NCBI GenBank assembly: GCA_951406725.2
Contig: OX597820.1
Coordinates: 123,752,001 to 123,816,000, forward strand
DNA from: Octopus vulgaris
Taxonomy: Eukaryota
Length of the DNA: 64,000 bases
Direction: 5' to 3'
Shown here: positions 12,601 to 26,769 of the stretch, piece after piece
Layout of the letters: each line of letters starts with the position of its first letter
Numbering within the stretch: position 1 is the first letter of the stretch
Translations under genes and position numbers: made by a program
Notes under the pieces: generated by a model
Seen by the model: only the letters and a program-made list of their open reading frames with translations
The model's database searches: none
What the model was told of the DNA's origin: nothing

Positions 12601-15600
12601 ATTTGTGTGTGTTAATAACAGAAAGAAGAAAGTAGTCTGAAGTTACGAAAATGAATGGAATACTCCTTAAATTCTGCTTCATTCATTTTTGTTCCTTTTT
12701 TGTTGTTGTGCCGTCAAACAACATACACACAGCAACTGTATTGTAGAAATGCAGTTAGATAAGAAATAGAGCTGTCAAATTTAATTTTAATCTATTCAAA
12801 GCTATATAAATTATATGTAAACTTAAATTAAATTTGACAACTTGTGTGTTATTAAATGGTCCGTCCACGATATGATTGGTTCAGTTACAACACACAGTGG
12901 CAGATCAAGTAACTTTCTGGACAAGTGCAACTCTTGAATATACATATACATACATATGTATGTGTGTTTGTGTATGTGCACACACACACACACACACGCA
13001 CATACATGTATATGTATATGTATGCATATATATATAAAGTGTGTATGAGGGAAGGAGAAGAACGGTGGTGATAATGCTATTAAAAATAAGAAGGAAACAA
13101 AGATGGTTCGACAGGAACAAATTCGAACCGTATGTTTATAAAGCAAACTTTTTATTCACACGTACACGTCTGCATTCGTTAAACAAAATTGTATCTCCAT
13201 CATCCTGACATAACTTGGCTTCATTACAATCGATTAATAGATGCCGCGACTGCGTACATGATCAAAGATTAAATACGAACAGTCAACATTTATACATGTG
13301 AATACAAGAATAATAGTTGACCATACTTTTCACACGTTAAGTAATATATATTACAGACAGTTCGCTTTCCTAAATATTCAATAAATTTAATTTGAATAAT
13401 TCAGTGTTACACCTGGATTAAGTCAAATCGTTAACATGATATTTACTGTATAATATTAATTATCATGTTACAATAGGTTTTACATGCATTTTGTTCCACG
13501 GCGATACTGTCATATTAAAGCGTTTACCAGAATTATGCGTCAAATTACCGCTAATTAGGTAATGTCACCTCTTCCTCTTATCATTTTTATCTGAATGAAT
13601 CGTTTAGTTAATGATTATTTCCAGCTACTAAAATGTGTTATTTTAATTAGTTAAAATGGCTTGGTTTACTATAACAGGTCGTTTTACTCCTTGGTGCATG
13701 TGCTCCGTAACAACTGTCTCATTATAACAATAATGTTAACATAGAATGCATCGTTTCTTTTATCATTTTATATACTGAACGTATCCAAATTTAATTATAC
13801 TGCTTTAAGTGCATTGAATTCAGAATTTATTGATTAGATCTTACAGGGTCTATTGTATCGTATTCTCTTTCGTAATGATTTTATTGTAACAAGTTAGCCG
13901 GTTTGAACCATGCAATTTGACGAAGCCCATGGATCCACTGTCAAACAATCAATACATACCGATGCTTCTTTTCACAATAATCGTTTCTTGGCAGGTCATA
14001 TTACTCGAAAAATTTACTCAACACATCACTGGAAATGTACATCGTATCCGTTTCACTGTGTGTTAAGAATTAACGAATAAATAATTTCAATGGTAATGAA
14101 AAGTAACCAATATAAATAAGAACTTGATTTTTAAAATATTTATCCAGTAAACGTTTGTTTCAATCAATAGCAATTTCAAATTTTGAAACATTATATGGTC
14201 AATTTTGCTTATTAAAAGGTATTATGTTTGTAAATACATCATTATCCATGACATGCAAAATCTCCGGAGACCCTCCAGGGAATATATTAACTTTATTTCA
14301 TGTATTATTTTACAAAGAGTGTGAATGAAATTAATATTTTGATTTGATATAAATTCTAATTATTACCGAAGCACTCTTGATTTGTTAATGTCACTAGTTG
14401 CTCATTGACTCAGATGTCGTATAATATTTTGCATATATTTGTTGAGAGTTACAATTACACTGATCGATAGCATATCAGAATATCAGGCAAACAACTGTTG
14501 ATACTTTTTAGACCGTACGAAGTTATTGCTTAAAGTTATTATTGTCCAGTGCATGTGGCGTTAAATAAGTGCCATGATGGATACATGAGGTATCACGAAG
14601 CAATAATACAATGTATTATCAAACTATTTTCGATATTCTTTGAAGTTCTTGTTTTATATCTTGGAGACTATAGCATGAATCTAAAATGGTCAAATTAGTT
14701 TCAGCTACAGGATAATAAAAATTGATGACGCTACTTTAGATATTTGACTGAAGAATATGTACTAAGAAAACGATTGGCGAATGTAATTATTATACAGCCT
14801 AAACATACAGATGAATATTAAATATTTATTTCCTTTTTTTATGCCAATTCTCATATTTACACACGGGAAATATATACAATATTGCAGACGTTTTGAAATG
14901 CATTAATAGCGAATTGCTTGGGAAAGGATAAAAGATATCAACAAAGCTTATTTATTCCTCATAGTTCTCATTGTTATTAAGGCCTCAGTATTGTTTCTGC
15001 AAAGCGATACTATTGTGGAACTAAATATAATAACATAGAATATAATTCGCTGAGTTGAAAACAATAAATTTGTTAAATTTATTAATATACGAAATGAAAT
15101 GAAGAAGAAATATTGATCTATTTTGACTAAAAGGAACGGAGAATGGAAAGTTTCACATGAGATCTAATTAATTAAATCGATCCTAAAGTGGTGAAAAATA
15201 ATAAATTTATGTATCAAGGCAGGATTTGAATTTAAAACCCAGAAGGACCAAAATAAGTATTCTAAATCGAGTGATAATCATTTTTGCCAAAAGCAATACT
15301 TTACAAATTAGTTAAACATTGATTTCTTTCATTGGCACAAGACCAACATTTTGTATACTGTATGGTATCGAAGAAAATTACAGTGTACTTCACAATCTTT
15401 TTCTATTGAATTCGGAACAATGAGTGTGCTGCAGTGAAATGACCAATAATTAACTGCATATATTTCCCTTTCTTTCTTGAAAGACATAGCAGATATACAA
15501 ATAATGATTTGCGCTTTTGCTGCCTTCAAAAAAGTATAGTATACATCGCCGTAGCTATCCTGCTCTTCAATTATTAACTAGGTATAATTGTAACTGAGAC

Positions 15601-16689
15601 GATCTTCGGTGTGTCAACCCGAATAATTTTCTTTTCTTTTTTAATTTTGGGGCAGATAAGAAGGCTTGCTGCCCAAGTAAATCAAATATTACTATAGTTC
15701 AAGCGACTAACAGTAAGTCGAATATTTAAGATTAAAGATTTCGTCTCCATTAAATTACTTTTCTTCAAAATTCCGTTTCACTTTCATGGGGCCCAGGAAA
15801 CGATGAAGCGTCATAAACGCTTCAGAAAAGTGATTGGTTTGAAAAGAATTTCTGCATTTCATGGATTCATCTGAATTTCAAACAACCATGTAACGGCTTT
15901 TCAGGTTTGAATTCTACTTCAACTTTTGTTAATAAAAATGGCGTCTGCGGATGTAACGTTTCAACTAATTTTGTGAGGGAAAAGGGTGTATTGGATTGCG
16001 ATTATGATGTGTTCCTTGTAGTGACGTACTTGAGGTTATTTTTAAATTTCGATATTTGTATTTTTTTTCTTTTTAAAACCCATCTATTAACTACCAGGAA
16101 CTTACAGTAGAAGACATCCACTGAAATAATCACTAGTGTTCAGCAGGGATTGCTGAACACAGGGTAGCCATGGACACATAGACACTTTGAAATGTAAAAT
16201 GGAAGAATAGTAACGACAACAATGATATGTAATAAATCACTATAATCAGTGAAATTCTTTTTGCGCACGTAATACGAAAATAGAAATAATTACAAATAGT
16301 AAGGCTGACGATGATGAAACATAGAGAAAAAAGAAAGCAAATACCAAGTTTCATGAAAAACAAAAATTTGAAGTCATATTCCGAAGTTGAAAGGAAAGAA
16401 ATTTGTTTCATCTTTGGAGTAATGCTACGCGAAAAGATAATTTTATACTTCAAAACAGATGAAAAGATTAAAATTGTATAAAGAAAATCCAAAACAATTC
16501 AATGTCGAACAGAATAGTCAACTTTAAAGAGTGGCGATATATATGAGTCCCTGTTTGTGGAGTGTGTGTATGTACGTGAGTGTGCACAGTATGCGTGTGT
16601 CAATGTGTGTGCGTTTGTTTGTGTGTGTGTGTGTGTTTTAATTTCAAATGCAAAATCCTGACTTTCACTGGTCATCGTGGGGCCAAACA

Positions 16690-16777
<88 letters not shown>
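16690..16777. repeat. (TATC)n microsatellite
   Basis: Direct reading of the sequence. Confidence 0.95.
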
Positions 16778-17496
16778 GTCCTTCAAACGGGAAGGAAGAG
16801 CTATTTTCATCATCATTGTGGCTATGGCGAAAGAATGTATCTGGTGGACGCGTCTGAAAGGATTGGAGGCAAACACTTTCCTCTCTGGTCAATCTCTCAT
16901 CAACTTCTTCAAGTACCACTTGAAAAGGAAAGTGAGAGTAGAGAGGCAAGTTTTGTCTAGCGAATGTTTTCAAAAAAGATGGGTGAATGCAGCAAGGATG
17001 GCACGTATGAATGACGAAACCACCTTGAGCATAATCCTATGAACTCAGAAATTGAAAACAGAGGGTTACCCACTTGCAAACAAATGTCGTAACATATAAC
17101 AATATTGACCAAGGTTACCGTGGTCTTTTTTGTAGGCTTTTCTTCCCACGGATAAACCTTACTTGCTTTCCCCTTTACACCATATATCATAACACTGTGA
17201 TACACGATCCCTATTGATCGTTTTTTTTCCTCTTCCCCTTTTCCCCTTCTTCTTTTTTCATTTCTCTTTTCTTTTGTTCCTTTTCCTTTTCTACTTTTTT
17301 ATTTTTATTTTTTTAAATTTTTTATTTTATTTTTTTTGTTCTTTTCTTCCCTTTTACGATCCTTCTTGATCGAAAACCTACGCCACCCCTTTTTTTTGTT
17401 TCTTTTGTTTTTTTTGTTTTTTCATCCCCCAAAAGAAAAGCTCTACCTTGTAACTTGTCCCATCTGTGTGCAGCCCTGTGTGGCCAATAAAGAAAC

Positions 17497-17497
<1 letters not shown>
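16778..17497 (+). mobile_element. 5'-truncated Tx1-like LINE (ORF2 C-terminus + 3' UTR)
   Basis: Encodes REGRAIFIIIVAMAKECIWWTRLKG...RWVNAARMARMNDETTLSIIL*. The 3' UTR and tail (GGTTACCGTGGTCTTTTTGTAGGCTTTTC ... AGCCCTGTGTGGCCAATAAAGAAA) are homologous to 53920-54280 of the RT-bearing element. Confidence 0.8.
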
Positions 17498-17545
<48 letters not shown>

Positions 17546-17566
17546 CATCCATCCATCCATCCATCC

Positions 17567-17643
<77 letters not shown>
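17498..17643. repeat. (TATC)n/(CATC)n microsatellite
   Basis: Direct reading of the sequence. Confidence 0.95.
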
Positions 17644-17947
17644 CATTCAAATGTAGAGGTGCCTAAAAGTAATCAATATTTAATGGAAACTTACGTTTGT
17701 ATTGTTTTTATGTTCCGTTGTTAATTATTCTACGGGGAATTTTAAACTGCTTTTTAAAGAATTGGGTTGCAGGTTGTGCTATTGGTTTCTCTAAAGAAAA
17801 TTACCTTCAATAGATATCCTTAACAAATAGATACGCGGTGGCATTCTTTAGGCCAGCTTCCTGGAATGATAAAGAGGGAACAATGTAGAGGGCTCTGTGA
17901 TAGTGTCTCGGATATTTGGTGAGGGAGAATTTTGCTCCCTATAAATC

Positions 17948-18014
<67 letters not shown>

Positions 18015-18085
18015 AGATAGATAGATAGATAGATATGTGCGTGTTCGCTGTGTGTGAGTGTGTGTATAATATATATATATATATA

Positions 18086-18582
<497 letters not shown>

Positions 18583-19117
18583 AACAAAAAGGAAAATGCT
18601 TCTTAAAATTGGGTACATTTTAATTTTCCTTTTACATGATTCGTTATTTAAAAAAAAACCTTATCAACAATATGTACTAAAATAGAACATGTAGAGGGAG
18701 ATGAACTATTAAAAAAAATAGATAAAATTAAAATTAATATTAACATTCATAATTTTAGATTCCTTTTTTCTTGCAAGAACATGTGATGATATCCTTTGGT
18801 TCTGGTAGCATGGCAAGTTCATACGGTCAGAGTCAGTTGAACTTGTCATGCTACCAGAACCAAAGGATATCATCACGTGTTCTTGCAGGAAAAAGGAAAT
18901 TAAACTATGAATGTTTAATCTAAATTTTAATATCATTTTTGAATAGTTCTTTACTCTTCATATATTCCATTTTATTTCATACTTTTGATAAGGTTTTTCA
19001 AAAACCGAAGCATGTAGATGGAGAATTAAAATGTCCCCAATTTAAAGAAAGCGGCATTTTCGTTCTTGTTTTTCATAAACATCTACGTACTCGTGTGTTA
19101 ACTCTACAAAGCTTTAC

Positions 19118-19182
<65 letters not shown>

Positions 19183-19263
19183 ACTGTATGTACGCACTTT
19201 CGCCTATGTGCATACACGTGTTAATGATATACATAAATATCTTATTATTATTATATTTTATTC

Positions 19264-19490
19264 TCTACTCTAGGCACAAAGCTCGACATTTTTGGGGAGC
19301 GGGATAGTCGATTAGATCAACACCAGTACGCAACTGGTATTTAATTTATCGACCTCAAATGCAAGGTCGACCTCGGTGACTTTGACTTTCATCCTTCCGG
19401 GGTCGATAAATTAAGTACCAATTGCGTACTGGTGTCGATTTAATTGATCGACCACCTCCCCAAAAATTTCGACCCTGTGCCTAGAGTAGA
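19264..19490. mobile_element. Head-to-head inverted pair of SINE family A 3' halves (fold-back)
   Basis: TCTACTCTAGGCAC...ATTTATCGACC on the left is the reverse complement of GGTCGATAAATT...GTGCCTAGAGTAGA on the right. The centre contains the palindrome AGGTCGACCT. Confidence 0.8.
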
Positions 19491-19586
19491 AAATATTATT
19501 ATAATATTTTCCGCTTGTCACTGGCTGAAATCCATAAAACACTATTCTCTTAGATAGTTTAATTACTTCGTCTATCTCTGTTCTTA

Positions 19587-19632
<46 letters not shown>

Positions 19633-20096
19633 CCATCTCTCTTTCTGTTATTAGATCTTCAGTTTCTATCTGTTTTCGGAGCACTTTTTGATATCTGGGT
19701 TCTTATGGTCAGTATCAATATAATATTTTGCCTGTCTGTTATGCATGCACATGTGTAGTTACTTGTATAAAGGTTCATCTTGCATCTAACCATAAAAATA
19801 TGTATAACCAAAACCATCTAAATCTTCTTATTTCTGGATGTGGCTTTTACTAATCAAATTTAATATACCAAACATTTCTTATTTTTTATTCATCTTTTAT
19901 TTTTTCCGACGGTGATCTGTTTCATATATATAAATGGTTTCCCATATACATCTTGCAGCTCCATGGAACGTATTCTGTGATTTATATGCTTTCCGTTCTA
20001 AATCCACTGCATCTGATCGCAGAAACAGCTGTAAGGTGATGAAATCCATTCCGTAGTTTCTTGTGTGTATGTGTGTGTGTATATACATATATATAC

Positions 20097-20141
<45 letters not shown>

Positions 20142-20659
20142 CTATACACACATACACACATGTATACTCATATAGAAAATATAGTATTGGTTTAGGTATA
20201 CACGTGCATTGAGAATTTCGTGTTGATATTTAATATACTTTGAAATCCTTACAATAATTACGTAATGAGTACGCTTCTATCGATTGTGTACCTTTCTTTG
20301 TGAAGCGTTTATTCGTGTATATTATAGAAAGACTTGGCAGCTACTGTTTTTATATTCACTAGAAACGTTTATAAGGCATCTGGAACTTACAAAGAAATGA
20401 ATATCAAACATTTTTCAGTTTTATATACGTTCATTTCCTTGGTGAATGTTGCCAACGGTATCAGGTTTACGTTTAAGACAGAACAAAAACAGCCATCGGG
20501 AATGGATCAGAAAGCCGGTTGCAGTTCATATTTTAGCTCACAAAATAAGTTTCAATTGCTGTTTGCGAAACATAATCTAGCCAATATTATGCACGTATTC
20601 ATGTTTAACTCAGTATTTTTTCCACTCTCATTTCCATTCTCACTCACAATGTATATTCG

Positions 20660-22110
20660 TTTATATAAATAAGGGATACTTAAAACAAAAACTTTACTAG
20701 GAAATAGAGGAGAGATACAGCTTTGAATTTCGGAAGTAAATTGACAAGTCATGGAAAAGATACGTCGACGATGGCTTCATAATCTGGACAAAATCTCAAA
20801 ATACTCTGGAAGAATTCAATATCCTCCTGAACAACCTACACCTATCCATCCAATTTACAAAGGAGATGAGAAGTACCAAATTACCATTCCTAGATACAAT
20901 GTTAATTAAAAAGAACACCACCATTACCAGAGATATATACTATAAACTCACAGATACGCTTCAATACCTGAATTTTAATTCGTGCTATCCACAGTATAAA
21001 AAAACGTAACATCTCATACCGCTTAGCCAGAAGAATCTGTACCATTGTAGATGATTTGAAGATCAGGAATGAGCGCCTGAGAGAAGTGAAAGAATTTTTG
21101 CTCAAAGAAAAATACCCGTTATGGTATTCAGCGGACTATGAAAATATCAACACAACAACTGAGGGCAACACAAAGAAGAGAAAAACAAGAACAAATCATA
21201 CCATTTATAGTGACGCACAATCTATGCCACTAGAACATCTTCATTATTTCTAATGCAAATTTACCAATCATTGCTCAAAGTAAGGAATTAAGAGATATTA
21301 CAGACCAAACTATAACTCGCAGTAACAGACAGCCTAAAAGCTTGAAAAAGTTATTAACAAAGGCAAGGTTTGACCTTAGTAACATAGTCTAACCATTGAC
21401 TGTGTCTGACCTTAGTAACATAGTCTAACCATTGACTGTGTCTAAATGCAACGATAGTCGATGCTTTGCATGCCAATTAATACATACCGACCCATATATG
21501 AACACGAAAATGGGGAATGTATTCACAAGTCTACTGCAGCAAATGCCAGAATTGTGAAGAACCGTATGTTGGCCAGACAGGAAATGCACAATCAGAACGC
21601 TCACGTGTGCACCGACAACAAATTAAAAATCCAGAAGTCCGCCAAATACCGCTGAGTAATCAGCTAGCAACATTCGGCCGGAAAATACTTATAATATTTC
21701 CATTTCATAAACTATACAATCTGAATGACATCGAGAGGAAACTGAGAGAAAAGGACTTCATTAATAAATTCACACCCAAACTTAATAAACAATAATAAAT
21801 ATTGATGTTATTTATGATTTAAAAGTCTTATCCCCATATATAAAAATTAAAAATCTCTAAAAATTTCTGATGTCATCGTTTCTAAAAAATGAACACTGAA
21901 ACATGGTATGGCATCATTTTTAAAAATAGCCAAGTAACTAACTAATTCTATCCACAGGAATGTATATAAAGGACAAAATTTAACCATTCAACAACAGTTG
22001 AAACCAATGAACACAACTGTCATCACAACCATATGAACCTGAATATTGCGTAAATGCAAGAAAGTATACTAGTTCAATAACAATGGACATTTAATATTTC
22101 ATTTGTTCAT
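20660..22110 (+). mobile_element. Penelope-like retroelement remnant (RT C-half + GIY-YIG endonuclease + 3' pLTR)
   Basis: RT motifs WKRYVDDGFIIW (20752-20787), LNNLHLSIQFTKE, KLPFLD, DIYYKLTD, YLNFNSC and LARRICTIV. GIY-YIG region CQNCEEPYVGQTG...REKDFINKFTPKLN (ORF 21517-21795). Frameshifted. Confidence 0.9.
22034..22076 (+). ncRNA. Minimal type I hammerhead ribozyme (G8>U mutant) in the Penelope-like element's 3' region
   Basis: TGAAC-CTGAATA-TTGC(GTAAAT)GCAA-GAAA-GTATAC-TA-GTTCA: perfect stems I and II, palindromic stem III, one core mismatch. Confidence 0.75.
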
Positions 22111-22559
22111 TAAGAATAGACAATTAATACTTCATTTGATTTGGAAAATGAAAGAAAGAAAAAGGAAAGTAAGAAGAAAAAATTGTGCTTACATCTATAC
22201 CGGTGTTCAGTTCATTCAATCCAATGTTTGATTCCCGTGCTGGTATGGTTTGGAGAATCTGGATGTAAGATTGTTTCTATTTATGTATATGCGCATGTGT
22301 ATAGTACCGTGTGTGTGTGTGTGTGTGTGTGTGTCTGTTTAATAAATTTACTTTACAAAATTGGTGCTTCATCCAGTACAAGTCATTACAGAAACATGTC
22401 CGACAGGAGTAACTACGAAAGATTCCACTGAGTAAACACTAAGATACATGTGGATATATGTGCCTAAGGAATGACACCTTCTTCAGTAAAAATATGGAAA
22501 AATACTTCATAACAAAGTTCTCCCCCAAAATGAATGGCTGAAAATATTTCGTGAAATAA

Positions 22560-23510
22560 CTCCCTAAATATAAGCTTTTCTCAAAAACGCTAAGTGTAAA
22601 AGATGGTTTATACGACACATCGTTCCAGTGTCCGAAGTTTGAAAGTGATTAGTTACAAAATCATATTTTTTTAAACCTGTCGGTTCAAAGGTAAAGATCC
22701 AAGGAGAAACCACAAACTGGGGAAAATAAAAGTGAGGAAAAAATACTGAGGATGAAAAATGGAGGAAGATGAGGATTGTAACCAGTAAGACAAAAAGAAG
22801 AACAGTGAAGAAGCGAGTAACGGTGTGGTCAGCCTTCCCCCAAAGGAAACAGTCCAAGGCAAAAGAACAGTCGGTAGAACGAAGAAAATGTAAGGAAGGA
22901 TGTGAGACTGAGAATGTACAAAAGAGCTAAAAAAGAAAAACAAAGTTTGATCGAGTTAAATTTCAGAGCCTGTTGGTTATATAAAAACAAGATGAGGAAG
23001 CGGAAGTAATAGTTGAGAAAATGGGGAAACTGGTGAAAGTGAAGTTGTCGGAAGATAATTTTGATGTAGACGATAGAGGAATTTTGATGGCTAGTAAAAA
23101 GTATTATAAATTTTGAGAAAGAAATTGATGAAATTGCAGGTTTTGTGACAATTTTTTTATTGCCTCAGATTCCACCCTGGGAAATCGAATACGAAGAGTT
23201 GAAAAAAGTAGATTTAAAAATGGAATTGTGTGTAAAATGTGAAGAAAGAAAAGGCAATAGAAATATGCATTCATTATATGAAAAAGAAAAAAAAAAACTG
23301 CTGAAGTGTAGCCACTCGATTTCGGGGATCGGGTGGGCATTGGGCCTCATTTTATACACTTTTCATATGACCATTCGTTTCTTTTAATTTTTTCTATTCT
23401 TATTTCATCTTCTTTTGTATTTTAATTTCCCCGTGTTTGAGTTTGTATATGTTTGTCTTGTAATTGGATTCTTCTGGATTTAGCCCCTTGTTGCTAATAA
23501 AGGAAATAGA
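22560..23510 (+). mobile_element. Degenerate Tx1-family-related non-autonomous element (no RT visible)
   Basis: Purine-rich degenerate coding-like body, a T-rich 3' UTR and the tail TTTAGCCCCTTGTTGCTAATAAAGGAAATA, which matches the LINE and SINE-A tail. Confidence 0.45.
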
Positions 23511-23848
23511 TCCCAATAGTAGTCATGGAATTTGAAGGTCGCTGTAAAAAAATTAGTAACAGTAAAATATAACGTGTCTTGAATGGCACAGCGATGGGGA
23601 GTGGGCTATAGTAACTGTTATGATTTAATTATCCATAGTCCGATGTAATAATAATATTTGGGAATACAAAAAATTCTTTCTTTAGTTATCGGTAGGAATT
23701 GATCAAGTCACTGCTAAAATCGGTTTTCCATTTTTTTTGGCGAAACGTCTCTACAGTGGTCGCACGAAGCCCCTTCGAGAATTCCTCAGGAGAACTGTGT
23801 GCAGGTGACCATGTCTCAAGATGCTAACTCTAACCCTAATTTCTTCAA

Positions 23849-23894
23849 GACACCTGAAGAAGACCGGAGGGTATATCAGCCGAAACGTTGAGTT
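23849..23894 (+). ncRNA. Hammerhead-like motif in a short Penelope-type terminal fragment (~23750-23970)
   Basis: GACAC-CTGAAGA-(imperfect stem II ending CAGCC)-GAAA-CG-TT-GAGTT. Core intact, stems eroded. The fragment ends in (TC)n(TA)n. Confidence 0.5.
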
Positions 23895-23968
23895 AACCAC
23901 AAACAAGATGAGGACGAATATCTGTCGAATGTAAATAATGTACATAATTCCTCATCACTTAAATATAA

Positions 23969-24480
<512 letters not shown>

Positions 24481-24975
24481 TCTTTCTGAATGATAACTGA
24501 AATATATTTTTGTCTGTGCACATGTATCTGTATTAGAGAAACTATAAATGTATACACAATACCTAACTTAGTTGTATGGTTTCCTGATGTTTATTGCTAT
24601 TATATGTTTCACTCCAGGCTTATATTCTTTCCATTAAAGCATTGAGCTGAATGATTTTGTATGTAACGGACTGTGTTTTGTTAGAAACATAAGAAGCTTA
24701 TAATTCTTTGATATAATTTAATTTTAACGATTCCTACCTGAAATATTTTACTGGAATTCAACAAAAAGATTTTTGCTTTTACTTTTACTTTGTTCTTCAC
24801 TTCACTTTATAAATTTGTAAGTAGAATAGTAGGTATTTGCGGATGCCTAGGTGAGTATGTAGATAAAAGCATTATTTTCTCAAATACACAGCCACAGACA
24901 TACACATACACATGCACACATGCACACTTATGTACACACACGGGGTATATACGTATAATACATAGATACATATAG

Positions 24976-25020
<45 letters not shown>

Positions 25021-25167
25021 ATTTATACAGGCATACATACAGAAACGCATGCTCACATCAGAGACTTATACATTTCATAAGTGTGTGTGTGTGTGTCTGA
25101 GATATATAAATTATGAAGTGTGGAACATTTCGCAAGCAAACGATCTGTAAGGTGATACAATATTCTT

Positions 25168-25212
<45 letters not shown>

Positions 25213-25249
25213 CACATACACACACAAATATATATATATATGGATGGAA

Positions 25250-26050
25250 TGAAAGATTCCCAAATGACATTTGTAACGGATTTGGGGGAAGATACATCTT
25301 CGACGGGCAAAAATTCTTCCTTGGAATAAGTGTTTTAACTTCAGACAATTCTCTGGCATTCCGATGGGAACGAGGGTAGTCCCTACTTTGCTAACCTTGA
25401 CATGCCATACTTGGAAGTCGAAATACAATAACACGGCAGAATGATATTTGATGATAGCTTCCAAAATTAATGACTCGCCAACATGAAATGCTACCTGGTT
25501 CGTTATTTCGCTCTGTGACTGCTTAACGTTTATCAAATCTTGATATTTAAAAACTGAGTTAACAACACGAATTTACAATGAAATGCAGTCACAAAAAAGA
25601 GACACGTTGAATCATAGGACTGCAAAACAATATCTACTATTCTGTTCCTGTCATCCAGAGAATACTAAAATGAAAATACCTTTTAACTTGGCAAGAAGGA
25701 TGTGTACGACTGTGTCGAATCCTGAAACCGGGGATACTATAATCTTGGAATTTAAAGATTACAAAAGATTTGAAATATATTACTAGAAAGGAAATACCCA
25801 GTTAGTACAAACAAAAAAGAAAAATAGGAACAGAACGTGCAAAAATGATAGACAATCCAAAAATTTCGAAAAGGAAGAAAACTCCCACACGCACTTAAAA
25901 CATACAATCCAAGGAACATGGAAACATGCAACATCATCCATCATAATATACCCCGCTTGCTGAACGACTTGCGAATGAAAGAGCATTAGAAGAACATAAA
26001 ATTATTAAAAGGAAACGAAAACTTCAATCAGCCAAAAAAGTAAAAAAGCA
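25250..26050 (+). mobile_element. Second, more degenerate Penelope-like RT remnant
   Basis: GIPMGTRV..FANL at ~25354-25400. KQYLLFCSCHPENTKMKIPFNLARRMCTTVSN in ORF 25583-25786 is homologous to the element at 20960-21050. TYNP motif at ~25900. Confidence 0.75.
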
Positions 26051-26103
26051 GTAAAAAATAATGCCTTACCACTACTGGGTGAGAACAAGTAAATGATGAT
26101 CAT

Positions 26104-26161
26104 CCTGATACCGGTTTCGATATTTAGCGCAACATAATTGCCCAATTTCTCATCAGGCAAA
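26104..26161 (-). ncRNA. Type I hammerhead ribozyme motif with intact core
   Basis: Minus strand: TTTGC-CTGATGA-GAAATTGGGCAA(TTATG)TTGCGCTAAATATC-GAAA-CCGG-TA-TCAGG. Palindromic ACCGGT stem III and a GUA cleavage triplet. Confidence 0.7.
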
Positions 26162-26769
26162 GTCTGCCAGCTAAATAGTTATTAACATTCTGCCCCACCA
26201 TGTCTGCAAACGTTTGGTCACTTCAAACGTACAACAACGGAAACACCACTTTAGCGGGCGTTAAACAACCTGTCGTCAGTTTCGAACGTCTAAGACTTAA
26301 TAGCATACTCCAAGATGCAGACGCGAGCAAATATAAACACCACCTTGTCTATTTCACACGTTGACACTGTAGAATTTGCAGGGAATTTGTGTCTGTATTT
26401 ACGCAGGTTTATTTACAGAGAACACGCGTTACGATTTATAATTACGACGGTCACTCTTATACATTTTCAATTCCTGATGCAGAGAAACTTGAGGAAAGGG
26501 AGGAAAATAAGGCAATAAAATTTTACTTTTTATTACAGACAGAAATTCATCTGCGGAATATGATTGAGGGAATTATATATTTTATGGAGATATGAATCTG
26601 AGATATACTTTTGGTAATCAGAACATGTTCATTCAAAATGTTATGTGTGTGTGTGCGTGTGTGTGTGTGAGTGTTTATCATTATATAATTGGATGCATTG
26701 CATAAAATATTCATCATATTATTGCAATTAATAATTTTCATAATATCAATTCATATTAGTTTTATTTAT

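Noticed and set aside
20008-20040. GAAACAGCTGTA hammerhead-like 3' half (similar text near 25135)
   Set aside because: The CUGANGA core and stem I partner are absent; at best a decayed remnant.
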